A DNA stretch of 63,709 nt, filler included. It is 5 parts of 5 records of this genome, joined end to end, with 100 filler letters (N's around TTAATTAATTAA, not from the genome) between each part and the next. Parts side by side here need not be neighbours in the genome. Positions count along the whole stretch, not along the records: positions 1 to 15,957 come from SRR31156797_2228; positions 16,058 to 34,264 come from SRR31156797_2230; 3 more parts are not named here. One strand, given 5' to 3'. The notes under the pieces were generated by a model. That model had not been told where the DNA came from and searched no databases. It was given only the letters and a program-made list of their open reading frames with translations. Position numbers and translations under genes: made by a program. The first letter of the stretch is position 1, and the number at the start of each line of letters is the position of its first letter. Positions 10,340 through 20,926 of the stretch are shown piece after piece.

Positions 10340-11161
10340 ATGAAATTAGTTAAAAAATTTGCTCTTGTAGCAACTTCAGTTTTAGCACTTGGGGCAATGA
10401 GTGCAAATGCGGATTTATTAGATAAGGTACTTGAAAAAGGTAAATTAAAATGTGGTGTTGTTTTAGATTTCCCACCAATGGGCTATAGAGATGCAAAAAA
10501 TAAGCCAGCTGGATTTGATGTAGATTATTGTAGTGATTTAGCAAAAGCTTTAGGTGTTAAGTTAGAATTAAAATCTATGTCATTTGCGCAAAGAGTTCCA
10601 GCTATTACTTCAGGAAAAGTTGATGTAGTTATTGGTTCAACATCGGATACTTTAGAAAGAGCACAATCTGTAGGTTTTACAATACCTTACTTTGTATTTA
10701 AACAACAAGCAATGATAAAAAAAGATTCTGGAATAAAAACATTTGAAGATATCAAAGGTAAAAAAGTAAGTGCTGCTTTAAGTACAGTTTCTGAAACAGA
10801 GTTTATAAAAAATGCAGAAAAATTTGGATTTGATAAAGCAAACTATTTTTCATCTAAATCAGAAAATGATGCTCACCTAGCTCTATTACAAGGGAAAGCA
10901 GATGTTATCATCTCTAGTGATACAACAATTAGTGAATTATTAAAATTAGAAAAATTCAAAGATTATGAAGCAGGACCATTTATCCCTAACTATAACGATT
11001 ATGTATCAATTATTACAAAAAGAGATGAGTATGGATTTATTAACTATTTAAATCTTTTTGTACACCAACAAGTAAGAACAGGAAGATATGAAGAGTTAAA
11101 TAAACAATATTTTGGTACTTCGCCACTTAGAGACTTAACTGTCAATGGAATTTACTATTAA
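10340..11161 (+). CDS. Polar amino acid ABC transporter substrate-binding protein
   Basis: Signal peptide, DFPPM and GFDVD motifs of family 3 SBPs. Confidence 0.9.
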   Translation: MKLVKKFALVATSVLALGAMSANADLLDKVLEKGKLKCGVVLDFPPMGYRDAKNKPAGFDVDYCSDLAKALGVKLELKSMSFAQRVPAITSGKVDVVIGSTSDTLERAQSVGFTIPYFVFKQQAMIKKDSGIKTFEDIKGKKVSAALSTVSETEFIKNAEKFGFDKANYFSSKSENDAHLALLQGKADVIISSDTTISELLKLEKFKDYEAGPFIPNYNDYVSIITKRDEYGFINYLNLFVHQQVRTGRYEELNKQYFGTSPLRDLTVNGIYY

Positions 11162-11188
11162 TTATTCGGAAGCTTTGCTTCTGAATAA
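11162..11188 (+). terminator. Intra-operon stem-loop after the SBP gene
   Basis: TTATTCGGAAGC-TTT-GCTTCTGAATAA hairpin; probably stabilises or attenuates the mRNA. Confidence 0.55.
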
Positions 11189-11210
11189 TACATCAATGTA
11201 AGGATTGATA

Positions 11211-11885
11211 ATGTTTGATTTTGAATATAGTTTTCATTGGATTACAGTTTGGAATGTTTTTCCAGAAATGTTGAGTGCAGCTCTTGTAACACTTCAAGTA
11301 GCAATTATTTCTATGATTTTAGGTCTAGTTATAGGGATATTTTTATCTTTAGGGAAAGATTCTGATAATGAGTTTTTAAGAACACCAAGTGTTTTATGGA
11401 TTGAATTAGCTAGAAATACTCCAGCACTTTTTCAAATATATATGGCCTATTTTGGATTAGGTAGTTTTGGTATTCATTTAAGTCCTTATGTTGCTGTATT
11501 AGCTGCTTTAACATTTAATAATGCGGGATACTTAGCTGAAACGCTAAGAGGTGGTTTTGCTTCAATAGCAACAACTCAAATGTCAGCTTCAAGATCTTTA
11601 GGTATGACTAAATTTCAAGCTTATAGATATGTAATTGTGCCACAAGTTTTAAGAAAAGTTTATCATCCAATTACGAACCAAATGATTTGGGCATTGTTAA
11701 TGACATCATTAGGGACACTTGTAGGAATGTTGGAACTTACAGGTAAAACAGACCAATTGCAGTCTTTATCTTTTAGAACTTTCGAGTTTTATTTAGTAAC
11801 AGCTGGAATGTATTTTGTTATGGCAAAAATAATACTTCTTGGTTCAAGACTAGTTGGATATAAGTTATTTAAAGGAGATATATAA
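11211..11885 (+). CDS. Amino acid ABC permease (HisM/GlnP type)
   Basis: RNTP and AETLRGG...SLGM EAA loop; AAGGA RBS before ATG 11211. Confidence 0.9.
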   Translation: MFDFEYSFHWITVWNVFPEMLSAALVTLQVAIISMILGLVIGIFLSLGKDSDNEFLRTPSVLWIELARNTPALFQIYMAYFGLGSFGIHLSPYVAVLAALTFNNAGYLAETLRGGFASIATTQMSASRSLGMTKFQAYRYVIVPQVLRKVYHPITNQMIWALLMTSLGTLVGMLELTGKTDQLQSLSFRTFEFYLVTAGMYFVMAKIILLGSRLVGYKLFKGDI

Positions 11886-12607
11886 TGAGTAATCAACAAA
11901 TAAAAAAGCTTATTTATTCATTGGTTGGATTATATTTAGCTTATGAATTTATTGATGCTGTTAGACTATCTACTATTACTGTATATGATTTGAGTTTTAT
12001 TTTAGATGGTTTAATTAGAACAATTATGATTTCAGTAGTTTCAATTACTATAGGGACTTTTTTTGGTCTTATTTTTGGTTTTATAAAAAGTAACTCAAAT
12101 ATGTATGTAAATTTTATATTAGATGGGTTTTTAGATATTTTAAAATCTGTTCCATTAATTATTCAATTTATTTTATTTTATTCATTAATGGGTGTTTTAG
12201 AGATTGATATCTCAGTATTTTGGGTAGGAGCAATTGTTTTATCTGCTTATACTTCAGGTTTTGTTACTGAAGTTGCTAGAGCAGGAATTGATTCTGTTCC
12301 AAGTACAACAAGAAGAGCTGCAAGGTCTTTAGGAATGACTTTTTGGCAAGATTATATTTATATAGTTTTCCCTTTAGGTTTAAGAACAGTATTTCCTGCT
12401 TGGATTAATATTGTTTTATCTGTTATTAAAGATTCAGCATTAGTTTCAGTTATAGGATATATGGAGTTGTTAAGATCAACTCAAGAGATGATTTCAAAAA
12501 CACAAGAAGCATTATTGTTATTGATTGGTGTTGGAATATTTTATTTTATTATCTCATATCCAATTTCATTATATGCAGCAAATTTAGAAAGGAAGTTAAA
12601 AGTATGA
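11885..12607 (+). CDS. Amino acid ABC permease
   Basis: EVARAGI...ARSLGM and KDSALVSVIG motifs. Confidence 0.9.
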   Translation: MSNQQIKKLIYSLVGLYLAYEFIDAVRLSTITVYDLSFILDGLIRTIMISVVSITIGTFFGLIFGFIKSNSNMYVNFILDGFLDILKSVPLIIQFILFYSLMGVLEIDISVFWVGAIVLSAYTSGFVTEVARAGIDSVPSTTRRAARSLGMTFWQDYIYIVFPLGLRTVFPAWINIVLSVIKDSALVSVIGYMELLRSTQEMISKTQEALLLLIGVGIFYFIISYPISLYAANLERKLKV

Positions 12608-13329
12608 TAGAATTAAAAGGTGTACATAAATCATTTGGTGATTTAGAAGTTTTAAAAGGGATTGATTTAAATGTACAAAAAGGTGAAGTACTTTCTGTAA
12701 TTGGTGGTTCAGGTTCAGGTAAATCTACTATGCTTTATTGTATAAATGCAATTGAAAATATCCAAGGTGGTGAGATTTTAGTTGATGGAATATCTGTTCA
12801 TGATAAAAAAACAGATAAAAATAAACTAAGACAAAAAATTGGTATGGTTTTCCAACAATGGAACTCTTTCCCCCATTTAACTGTTCTTGAAAATGTAATG
12901 TTAGCTCCTATGAAAGTTTTAGGAATGTCTTATGAAGAAGCACATTATGTTGCAAAAGATCAACTTGAAAGAGTAGGGCTTAGAACAAAACTAGATGAAT
13001 ATCCAACAAGAATGTCTGGTGGGCAACAACAAAGACTTGCAATAGCAAGAGCACTTGCAATGAAAGCTGAATATATGTTGTTTGATGAGATTACATCAGC
13101 ACTTGACCCAGAATTAGTTGGAGAGGTTTTAGATACACTTAGACTTCTAAGAGATGAAGGTATGACTATGATATGTGTAACTCACGAAATTGCATTCGCA
13201 AGAGAAGTATCAGATAGAATTGCCTTTTTCCATAAAGGATTAATAGAGGAGATAGGAACACCAGAGCAGGTGATTGGAAATCCTCAAAGAGAAAGAACTC
13301 AACAGTTCTTATCAAAAGTATTACACTAA
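12604..13329 (+). CDS. Amino acid ABC ATP-binding protein (GlnQ-like)
   Basis: GGSGSGKS Walker A, SGGQQQR signature, DEITSALDPE. Confidence 0.95.
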   Translation: MIELKGVHKSFGDLEVLKGIDLNVQKGEVLSVIGGSGSGKSTMLYCINAIENIQGGEILVDGISVHDKKTDKNKLRQKIGMVFQQWNSFPHLTVLENVMLAPMKVLGMSYEEAHYVAKDQLERVGLRTKLDEYPTRMSGGQQQRLAIARALAMKAEYMLFDEITSALDPELVGEVLDTLRLLRDEGMTMICVTHEIAFAREVSDRIAFFHKGLIEEIGTPEQVIGNPQRERTQQFLSKVLH

Positions 13330-13367
13330 CTTTATTATATAAAGGAGTTAGTGTATAAAGGCTCACA

Positions 13368-14246
13368 ATGAATAAAAAAGTATATGTTTTATCACTAATT
13401 CTTTTTGTAATTTTACTTTGGGCAGGAAATTTTGTATTTATAGCTATTTTATTGAAAGAGCTTGAGCCATTTACAGCTTTAACTCTAAGATTTATAGTTA
13501 TTTCAATTTTACTTTTTCCTTTTATGCTTAAATTACCTGATTTAAAAGATTTCTTTTACTTAGTTATTGCAACATTGTTAATTGTACCAGGACATTTTGG
13601 ATTGCTTTTCTTATCAATTCAAAGTACAAAAAGTTTAGGGGGCATATCATTGCTTATACAACTTTCTATACCTTTTTCTATACTTTTATCTTGGGTAATA
13701 TTTAAAGATGTTCCTTCGAAACTACGTATTTTAGGTTTATTTATAGCTTTTGTTGGGATTATATTTTTATTATATGATCCAAATTTATTGGAAAGTAGAA
13801 AAGCATTTATATTGGCTATTTTCTCAGCACTATTTTTAGGTTTTTATTTTATTTTTGTAAAAAAGATAAAAAAAGTAAAAAGTATAGCAATAATTGCATG
13901 GACATCATTTTTAGGTATTCCTATGATGTATCTATTTATGTTATACGATAATCAAAGTTTTAATATTTTGAATAATATACAAAATCATATAACTTATTAT
14001 TCATTCTTTTATGTTGTTATTGCTGGAAGTATATTAGGTCATGGTATTTGGGCTTATTTATTGAAAATAGAAGATATAAGTTTTATCTCTCCATTTTTGT
14101 TGCTTGTACCACTTTTAACATCTATATTGAGTATTTTGGTTTTTAATGAACATTTAACTTTTAGATTTGTTATTGTTGGAACAGTTATTGTTATAGGTAT
14201 TTTTTTAGTTTTTATCTCAAAACAAAAAAGAGAAAGAGAAAACTAG
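13368..14246 (+). CDS. EamA/DMT family transporter
   Basis: About 10 TM helices in two repeats with an EamA-type pattern. Confidence 0.8.
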   Translation: MNKKVYVLSLILFVILLWAGNFVFIAILLKELEPFTALTLRFIVISILLFPFMLKLPDLKDFFYLVIATLLIVPGHFGLLFLSIQSTKSLGGISLLIQLSIPFSILLSWVIFKDVPSKLRILGLFIAFVGIIFLLYDPNLLESRKAFILAIFSALFLGFYFIFVKKIKKVKSIAIIAWTSFLGIPMMYLFMLYDNQSFNILNNIQNHITYYSFFYVVIAGSILGHGIWAYLLKIEDISFISPFLLLVPLLTSILSILVFNEHLTFRFVIVGTVIVIGIFLVFISKQKREREN

Positions 14247-14407
14247 AGTAGTCTTGATTTTATCAACTTTGTTTTGATAAGGACAATTATGATAAAATTA
14301 TTAATTATTGAATGATTTTTATTGGTAAAAATACAACAAGATATATTTTTTTACTAGGTGAAGATGACCCATTAAAGTTGGGATTTTTTTAAGATAAAGG
14401 AATAATA

Positions 14408-15046
14408 ATGCCTGAGAATAATCTATCGGCAAAAGCTTATAAGATTTTAGAAGAGTTACTTGTAACACTAAAACTAGAACCAGGAAAAACATATTCGGAA
14501 AAAGAGCTTATGGCATTATCTGATATTAGTAGAACTCCTCTTAGAGAAGCTTTATTAAAACTTGCTAATGAATCTTTAATCACAATTATTCCAAGACGTG
14601 GAGTAGAAATTTCTGATATTAATATGACCAATCAATTAGCAATTTTAGAAACAAGAAGAGTTCTTGACAGACTTCTTATTTCAAGAGCTACTAAATATGC
14701 TACAGCATTTGAAAAAAATAAAATTTTAGAGTTTAAAAAACAAATGCAAATTGCAGTAGATGATAAAGATGTAAATGAATATCTTAGAGTTGATAAATTA
14801 TTAGACCAAGCAGTTTTCGAATCAGCTAAAAATTCATACGCAGCAAATGCAACTGCACCATTACACATTAGAAGTAGACGATTTTGGTATTATTTTAAAG
14901 GCATTGATGATTTAGAAAATGCTGCAAAAGTTCATATGCAGCTAATTGATGCTATATTAGAATCAAATGAAGAGGAAGCTTGTAAAACATCTGATTTGAT
15001 AATAGACAAGTTAGTTGATATAGTAAAGAAATACATTAATATTTAA
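14408..15046 (+). CDS. GntR (FadR/FCD) family transcriptional regulator
   Basis: wHTH motif SEKELM...ISRTPLREAL...PRRG followed by an FCD-like domain. Confidence 0.9.
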   Translation: MPENNLSAKAYKILEELLVTLKLEPGKTYSEKELMALSDISRTPLREALLKLANESLITIIPRRGVEISDINMTNQLAILETRRVLDRLLISRATKYATAFEKNKILEFKKQMQIAVDDKDVNEYLRVDKLLDQAVFESAKNSYAANATAPLHIRSRRFWYYFKGIDDLENAAKVHMQLIDAILESNEEEACKTSDLIIDKLVDIVKKYINI

Positions 15047-15235
15047 TTATTTATTGTATTTCATTATTAGGATTTGCTCATAAAGCATATTACCAAACCC
15101 TTTTGGTAAATTTTCATGCTCTTTTTCGACAAGTGCAATAATACTTTTAATTTGAGTTTCATTCATATTTTTTACTATTGGAATAATTGAGTTTTCAATA
15201 GTTTTTTTAAATTCAGTTATTTCTTCTTTTGTCAT
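15047..15235 (-). CDS. Small hypothetical protein
   Basis: 62-aa ORF convergent with gntR, non-overlapping, with plausible composition. Confidence 0.55.
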   Translation of the reverse strand: MTKEEITEFKKTIENSIIPIVKNMNETQIKSIIALVEKEHENLPKGFGNMLYEQILIMKYNK

Positions 15236-15417
15236 ATATTTATTTCTTTGTAAATTAATTTAGGTTTATTATTATATTGAAGTTAACTAAAAAATCAGTT
15301 AATTCTTTCAAAAAAGTTATTTTAAAGAAAACTATTAATAAGAAATTGTATAAAATTTGACACTTTAATTCAAATAAGAACAAATTATGATATAATCGCG
15401 AAAAAATTTTAGGAAAA

Positions 15418-15957
15418 ATGATTTTGATTGAATTAAGTAAGAAAATATCTAAATTAGTTGGAAAAACAAATGCAGACTATGAATTAATAAAAGAGGGCGA
15501 CAGAGTACTTGTAGGTTTCTCTGGTGGAAAAGACTCTACAACATTAATACACGCATTAAACCACTTAAAAAGAGTTGCACCATATGACTTTGAGTTTAAA
15601 GCTGTTACAGTAACTTACGGTATGGGAGAACAAGTACAATTTCTAGCAGATCATTGTAAAAAACATGGAATTGAACACGAAATAATTGATACAGAAATTT
15701 TTGAACTTGCTGGTGAAAAAATTAGAAAGAACTCTTCATTTTGTTCATTCTTCTCAAGAATGAGAAGAGGATATTTATACTCTACAGCACAAGAACAAGG
15801 ATATAATAAACTTGCATTAGGTCATCATTTAGATGATGCTATGGAATCTTTTTTTATGAACTTCTTATATAATGGTGCTTTAAGATCAATGCCACCAGTT
15901 TATAAAGCAGAAAATGGTTTAGATGTAATTAGACCTTTAATCTTCTGTAGAGAGAGA
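15418..15957 (+). CDS. ttcA: tRNA 2-thiocytidine biosynthesis protein, 3' truncated by linker
   Basis: SGGKDS PP-loop, CSFFSRMRRG, LGHHLDD and VIRPL motifs. Confidence 0.9.
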
Positions 15958-16057
15958 NNNNNNNNNNNNNNNNNNNNNNNNNNNNNNNNNNNNNNNNNNN
16001 NTTAATTAATTAANNNNNNNNNNNNNNNNNNNNNNNNNNNNNNNNNNNNNNNNNNNN
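15958..16057. other. Artificial contig linker
   Basis: N44-TTAATTAATTAA-N44, which puts stops in all six frames. Confidence 0.99.
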
Positions 16058-16976
16058 CATATTTTTGTGAATTTACATAATCAATTGTGACAAACTCAAA
16101 TTGAGAGTTTTTATATACCACGACAAGTCCATCATTTGTATCATTTTTTAAGAGTTTATCTAGAGCAAAAGTCACAAACTCTGTTGCCATAAGTCTATCA
16201 AATACTGTTGGGTTTCCACCTCTTTGGATATGTCCTAGAGTAGTAGCTCTTGTTTCAATTCCCACATCGTTTTCAAGCCATTGAACCAGTTCGTTTGTTT
16301 TTTTTGTTCCCTCAGCTACGATACATACAACATATAATCTTCCATGTTCTATTTGAGAGCGAAGTTTTAACCCAAGAGAATCTAAACTGTATTCAAGCTC
16401 AGGAATTATACAAACTTCAGCTCCACAAGTGATAGCTGAAACTAATGCTAAATACCCACAATCTCTCCCCATAGTCTCGATTACACATCCACGTTTGAAT
16501 GAAGCTGATGTATCTCTTACTGCGTCTGTTGCACCTCTGATGATATTTAAAGCAGTATCAACACCAAGACAATAATCTGTTCCAAAAATATCATTATCAA
16601 TTGTAGATGGAACTCCTACAAATTGGATACCAAAATCTTTATAGAACTGATTTAAAGCTCTAAAAGATCCATCACCTCCTAAGATCACAAGTTTATCGAT
16701 CCCATGCTTTTGAAGATTATCAAAGGCTTGTTTTCTATACTCATATTCAAAAAATCTTTTTGAACGAGATGACCGCAGAATCGTTCCTCCTTGATGGATG
16801 ATCCCTGCTACATTTTGATGGGATGCTGATTTGATATTTCCATCAATAAGACCCTCTAATCCATCATAAATAAGATAAGGTTGAACATCATTTAGATAAC
16901 AATAATCGACAAATTGCTTAATGGCAGGGTTCATCCCTGCACAATCTCCTCCAGAGGTTAGTATCGCTATGGACAT
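16058..16976 (-). CDS. pfkA: ATP-dependent 6-phosphofructokinase, 3' truncated
   Basis: TSGGDCAGMN, GGDGS, TIDND, ETMGR and LGHIQRGG motifs. Confidence 0.95.
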
Positions 16977-16990
16977 TTGGTTTCCTTAAT

Positions 16991-18244
16991 TTATTGGAAT
17001 TTTTTTACTAAGATGTTTTTTCCAAGTTCTACACCTGGTTGATCATATGTATTTACTTCTAACATCGCTCCAACAAGTGAAGTAAGAAGCTCAAAATACA
17101 TAATAAGTGACCCAGCATTTTTTTCACTTGCTACACTTAAAGAGATCTTATCAGCTGGAACACCACTGTCAATAACACTTTGCATAGTTGCATCACATTG
17201 AGCATTGATTAGTGTATTAAAGCTATTTCCATTGATATAATCAGTTTTTTCAATATGTTTTAATGAGATATTAGGAATTGATCTATCATCTTCAAAATCA
17301 TCAATATTCATAAAAGTCACTGTTTTATCACGAGGACCTTCTATGATAAGTTGTAAAAATGAGTGCTGATCTACTGAACCTGTTAGACCAATTGGTGTAA
17401 GTCCCACATGTTGTCCATGTTTATCAATTTTTCCTAAAGATTCTCCCCAAAGTTGTACATACCATTTTGAAAAATTCTCCAGTGAATTTGAGTATGAAAA
17501 TACCACATTGATAGACTTTGAATCTTTGTTATTATAAAGATAATATGCTTTTTTTAGTAGATGATCTTCATTTCTATCAAAGAAACTATTTACAAACTCA
17601 CCCGCTCCATCAAGTAAAGAGTCCACATCATATCCAGCTAAGAAAAGTGGTACTAATCCAACTGAAGTAAGTACTGAAAATCTTCCACCCACATTACTTG
17701 GCATGTTAAACTCTTTGATTCCATATTCACTTGCAAATTGGCTTAAAATAGACCCAGGATCAGTAATAGCGATAAGTCTATGGGAATCAGCACTGTCTAG
17801 ATCAAAGTTTAGATTTGCCATAATTGTTTTAAATGTAGAGATCGTTTCAATCGTTCCACCAGATTTTGAGATAAGAACTACTGCACAATTGTTTTTTACA
17901 AATGAGTTAAGTTTTGAGCTGATATCTACAGGATCAGAGTTTTCAAAAAAGATGATTCTTTTTCCATTGTCTCTTTTATGACAAAGAAGTGAATCTATCG
18001 CCTTTGCACCAAGTGAAGATCCACCAATTCCTACTACAATAATATTTTTTGCATCAGTAATAGTCGTGTTTGTTTTTGTATACTCTTTAAGCTCACAAAT
18101 AACATCACGTGAAGTCTCAGGTAATTTATAATACCCGATCTCTCCACTATCACACTCAGATTTTACTTGTAAAAAGGCATTTTCTAAAACTTGATCTTCA
18201 TAGTCTGATTCATAAAAGTTGGTAGGAGTATGAAAATTAATCAT
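16991..18244 (-). CDS. pgi: Glucose-6-phosphate isomerase
   Basis: GIGGSSLG, SKSGGT, VGGRFS, QLWGESLGK and DQPGVELGK motifs. Confidence 0.95.
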   Translation of the reverse strand: MINFHTPTNFYESDYEDQVLENAFLQVKSECDSGEIGYYKLPETSRDVICELKEYTKTNTTITDAKNIIVVGIGGSSLGAKAIDSLLCHKRDNGKRIIFFENSDPVDISSKLNSFVKNNCAVVLISKSGGTIETISTFKTIMANLNFDLDSADSHRLIAITDPGSILSQFASEYGIKEFNMPSNVGGRFSVLTSVGLVPLFLAGYDVDSLLDGAGEFVNSFFDRNEDHLLKKAYYLYNNKDSKSINVVFSYSNSLENFSKWYVQLWGESLGKIDKHGQHVGLTPIGLTGSVDQHSFLQLIIEGPRDKTVTFMNIDDFEDDRSIPNISLKHIEKTDYINGNSFNTLINAQCDATMQSVIDSGVPADKISLSVASEKNAGSLIMYFELLTSLVGAMLEVNTYDQPGVELGKNILVKKFQ

Positions 18245-19239
18245 TACTTCTCACCTACGAATTTAACCATATCAACTAGTCTTGAACTATACCCCCACTC
18301 ATTATCATACCATGCAAGTACTTTTACAGTATTCCCATCAACTACACTTGTCATATCTGGTACAAATGTTGAACTATATGAGCTTCCAATAAAGTCACTA
18401 GAAACTCTTTTATCATTATCAATCTCAATTAATCCCTCAAATGAAGCAGCAGCAGCTTTTTCCATAGCTTCGTTTACTTGCTCTTTTGTTACTTCTTTTT
18501 TAAGGTTAACTGTAAGATCTACTACAGATACATCAGCAGTTGGAACTCTCATAGCATAACCATTAAGTTTTCCTTTTAAATGAGGCATTACAAGAGCAAT
18601 TGCTTTTGCAGCACCAGTTGTAGTTGGGATCATATTAATAGCTGCTGCACGTGCACGTCTTGTATCTTTTTTGTGTTTTACATCAAGGATATTTTGATCA
18701 TTTGTATATGAGTGGATAGTTGTCATAAGACCATTTTCGATTCCAAACTCATCATCTAAAACTTTACAAATTGGAGCTAAACAGTTTGTAGTACAACTTG
18801 CATTTGAGATGATCGCTTCACCATTATATGAATCTGTATTGATATTTAATACATACGTTGGAGTATCATCTTTCGCTGGAGCACTCATAACTACTTTTTC
18901 TACTCCACCTTTTAAATATGCTTGACATTTTTCAGTTGTTAAAAATGCTCCAGTACACTCAATAACGACTTTTGCTCCCATTCCACCAAAGTCAATATTA
19001 TTTGGATCTCTATCACTAAATACTCTGATTTTTTCACCATTGATACTAATATGGTTTTCATCAACTACTTCAGCCATAACTCCCATATGTACTGAATCGT
19101 ATTTAAATAAATACACTAACATATCTAAATCACAAGTTGAATTGATTGCTACTAATTCTAAATCATCTCTTGAAGCGATAATTTTCGCTACTATCATTCC
19201 AATTCGTCCTGTTCCATTGATTGCTACTTTTAATGCCAT
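18244..19239 (-). CDS. gap: Type I glyceraldehyde-3-phosphate dehydrogenase
   Basis: NGTGRIG, SNASCTTNCLAP and WYDNEWGY motifs. Confidence 0.97.
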   Translation of the reverse strand: MALKVAINGTGRIGMIVAKIIASRDDLELVAINSTCDLDMLVYLFKYDSVHMGVMAEVVDENHISINGEKIRVFSDRDPNNIDFGGMGAKVVIECTGAFLTTEKCQAYLKGGVEKVVMSAPAKDDTPTYVLNINTDSYNGEAIISNASCTTNCLAPICKVLDDEFGIENGLMTTIHSYTNDQNILDVKHKKDTRRARAAAINMIPTTTGAAKAIALVMPHLKGKLNGYAMRVPTADVSVVDLTVNLKKEVTKEQVNEAMEKAAAASFEGLIEIDNDKRVSSDFIGSSYSSTFVPDMTSVVDGNTVKVLAWYDNEWGYSSRLVDMVKFVGEK

Positions 19240-19303
19240 TGTTGATCCTTTGTGTAATTAATTTGGTATTATTTAGAATAATAATATAATATTATTTCCA
19301 ATT

Positions 19304-19319
19304 GGTTACAATTGTAACC
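19304..19319. promoter_or_regulatory. Perfect 16-bp palindrome between divergent gap and pyk
   Basis: GGTTACAATTGTAACC. Confidence 0.55.
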
Positions 19320-19383
19320 GATATGTGACTAAAATCTGATAAAATGATACAATAATATTTAAAAAACAAAAAAGGAATGTTCA

Positions 19384-20805
19384 ATGAGAAAAACGAAAAT
19401 AGTCGTAACACTAGGTCCCTCAACTGATAGTCTTCAATCTATTGAAAAGCTTATAAGAAAAGGGGTGAATGTTTTTAGATTGAATTTTTCCCACGCAACT
19501 CATGATTATCATAAAGAGTTAATAGATAAAATTCGAACAGCTTCAAAAAATATAGGAAAAGAGGTAGCGATCCTTCAAGATATCGCTGGACCTAAGATTC
19601 GGATCTCCCATTTAGAACAACCGATCGAGCTTAAAGTTGGAGATATATTAACGATCACAAAAGATACCGTAAATGAGAAAGAAAAAATTGTAAGTGTAAG
19701 TTATCCAACTATTGTAGATGATCTACAAGTTGGTGATCCTGTGTATTTCTCAGATGGAACAATCCGAGCTAAAGTGATAAAAAAAGAGGATCATAAACTG
19801 TTTTGTGAGATTATAGTAGCTGGAACCTTACAGTCTAAAAAAGGGATGAATCTTCCAAAATCAAAACTTACTATTAAAGCGATCACAGAAAAAGATACAA
19901 AAGATCTTCTCTTTGGAGCACAACATGGAGTAGATCTTGTAGCACTCTCTTTTGTAGGAGATGCAGAAGATATCACACATGCACGATCTATCGTAACAAA
20001 AGAGGGCGCAAATCCTATGATCTTTGCAAAAATTGAAAAGCAAGAAGCGATCAAGAATATCAAAGGCATTCTAGCTGAAGCAGATGGAATTATGGTAGCA
20101 CGTGGAGATATGGGAGTAGAACTTGGGCTTCAAAAAGTTCCGCATGTACAAAAAGATATTATTAAAAAAGCAAATAAAATAGGAAAACCAACGATCACTG
20201 CAACGCAGATGTTAACCTCTATGATCAATTCTCCTTACCCAACAAGAGCAGAGATCTCAGATATTGCCAATGCAGTTTTAGATGGAACAGATGCAGTTAT
20301 GCTAAGTGATGAGACAACGATTGGAAAGCATCCATTAAAAGCAGTGGAAGTATTAAATGGTACTATTATGGAGACTGAAAAAGATTATCCATATTATCAA
20401 AATACTGATGGGGTATCGTATGAAGATTCGATTGCAGCAGCTGTTACAACATTGGCTAAAAATATCAAACCTCATGCTTTGATCTCTTTTACAAGAGGAG
20501 GGCGTAGTACAATCTCTATGGCAAAGTTTAGACCAAAAGAGAAAATACTAGTGAGTAGTTTTGATATCAATACACTTAGAAAACTTCAAGTAGTTTGGGG
20601 GATTGATTCTATTTATCTTTCAGATCAGTTAAATGATGCAGATGAGCTGATTAAAAGCTTTTTAAGCTCAGCTCTTGAAAAGAAACAAATAAGTTTAGAT
20701 AAAAAATATGTATTGACTATAGGATCTCCTATTAATGTAAAACACTCAACGAATGATATTAGAATACTTGAACGTGAAAGTATGGAGTATATTTTAAATA
20801 AGTAA
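19384..20805 (+). CDS. pyk: Pyruvate kinase
   Basis: TKIVVTLGP, RLNFSH, AKIE, MVARGDMG, TQML and DAVMLS motifs. Confidence 0.97.
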   Translation: MRKTKIVVTLGPSTDSLQSIEKLIRKGVNVFRLNFSHATHDYHKELIDKIRTASKNIGKEVAILQDIAGPKIRISHLEQPIELKVGDILTITKDTVNEKEKIVSVSYPTIVDDLQVGDPVYFSDGTIRAKVIKKEDHKLFCEIIVAGTLQSKKGMNLPKSKLTIKAITEKDTKDLLFGAQHGVDLVALSFVGDAEDITHARSIVTKEGANPMIFAKIEKQEAIKNIKGILAEADGIMVARGDMGVELGLQKVPHVQKDIIKKANKIGKPTITATQMLTSMINSPYPTRAEISDIANAVLDGTDAVMLSDETTIGKHPLKAVEVLNGTIMETEKDYPYYQNTDGVSYEDSIAAAVTTLAKNIKPHALISFTRGGRSTISMAKFRPKEKILVSSFDINTLRKLQVVWGIDSIYLSDQLNDADELIKSFLSSALEKKQISLDKKYVLTIGSPINVKHSTNDIRILERESMEYILNK

Positions 20806-20831
20806 ACATAGATATTCAGTATTCTCTTTCC

Positions 20832-20870
20832 TTTAATACACTTTCTTTTAAATATTGAAAGTGTATTAAA
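20832..20870 (+). terminator. Hairpin after pyk
   Basis: TTTAATACACTTTC/GAAAGTGTATTAAA perfect 14-bp inverted repeat. Confidence 0.6.
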
Positions 20871-20926
20871 TAAAGCAACTCCAAAAGAAAAACAAATTAC
20901 AATGCACTATATAAAAGAGGTGAATA

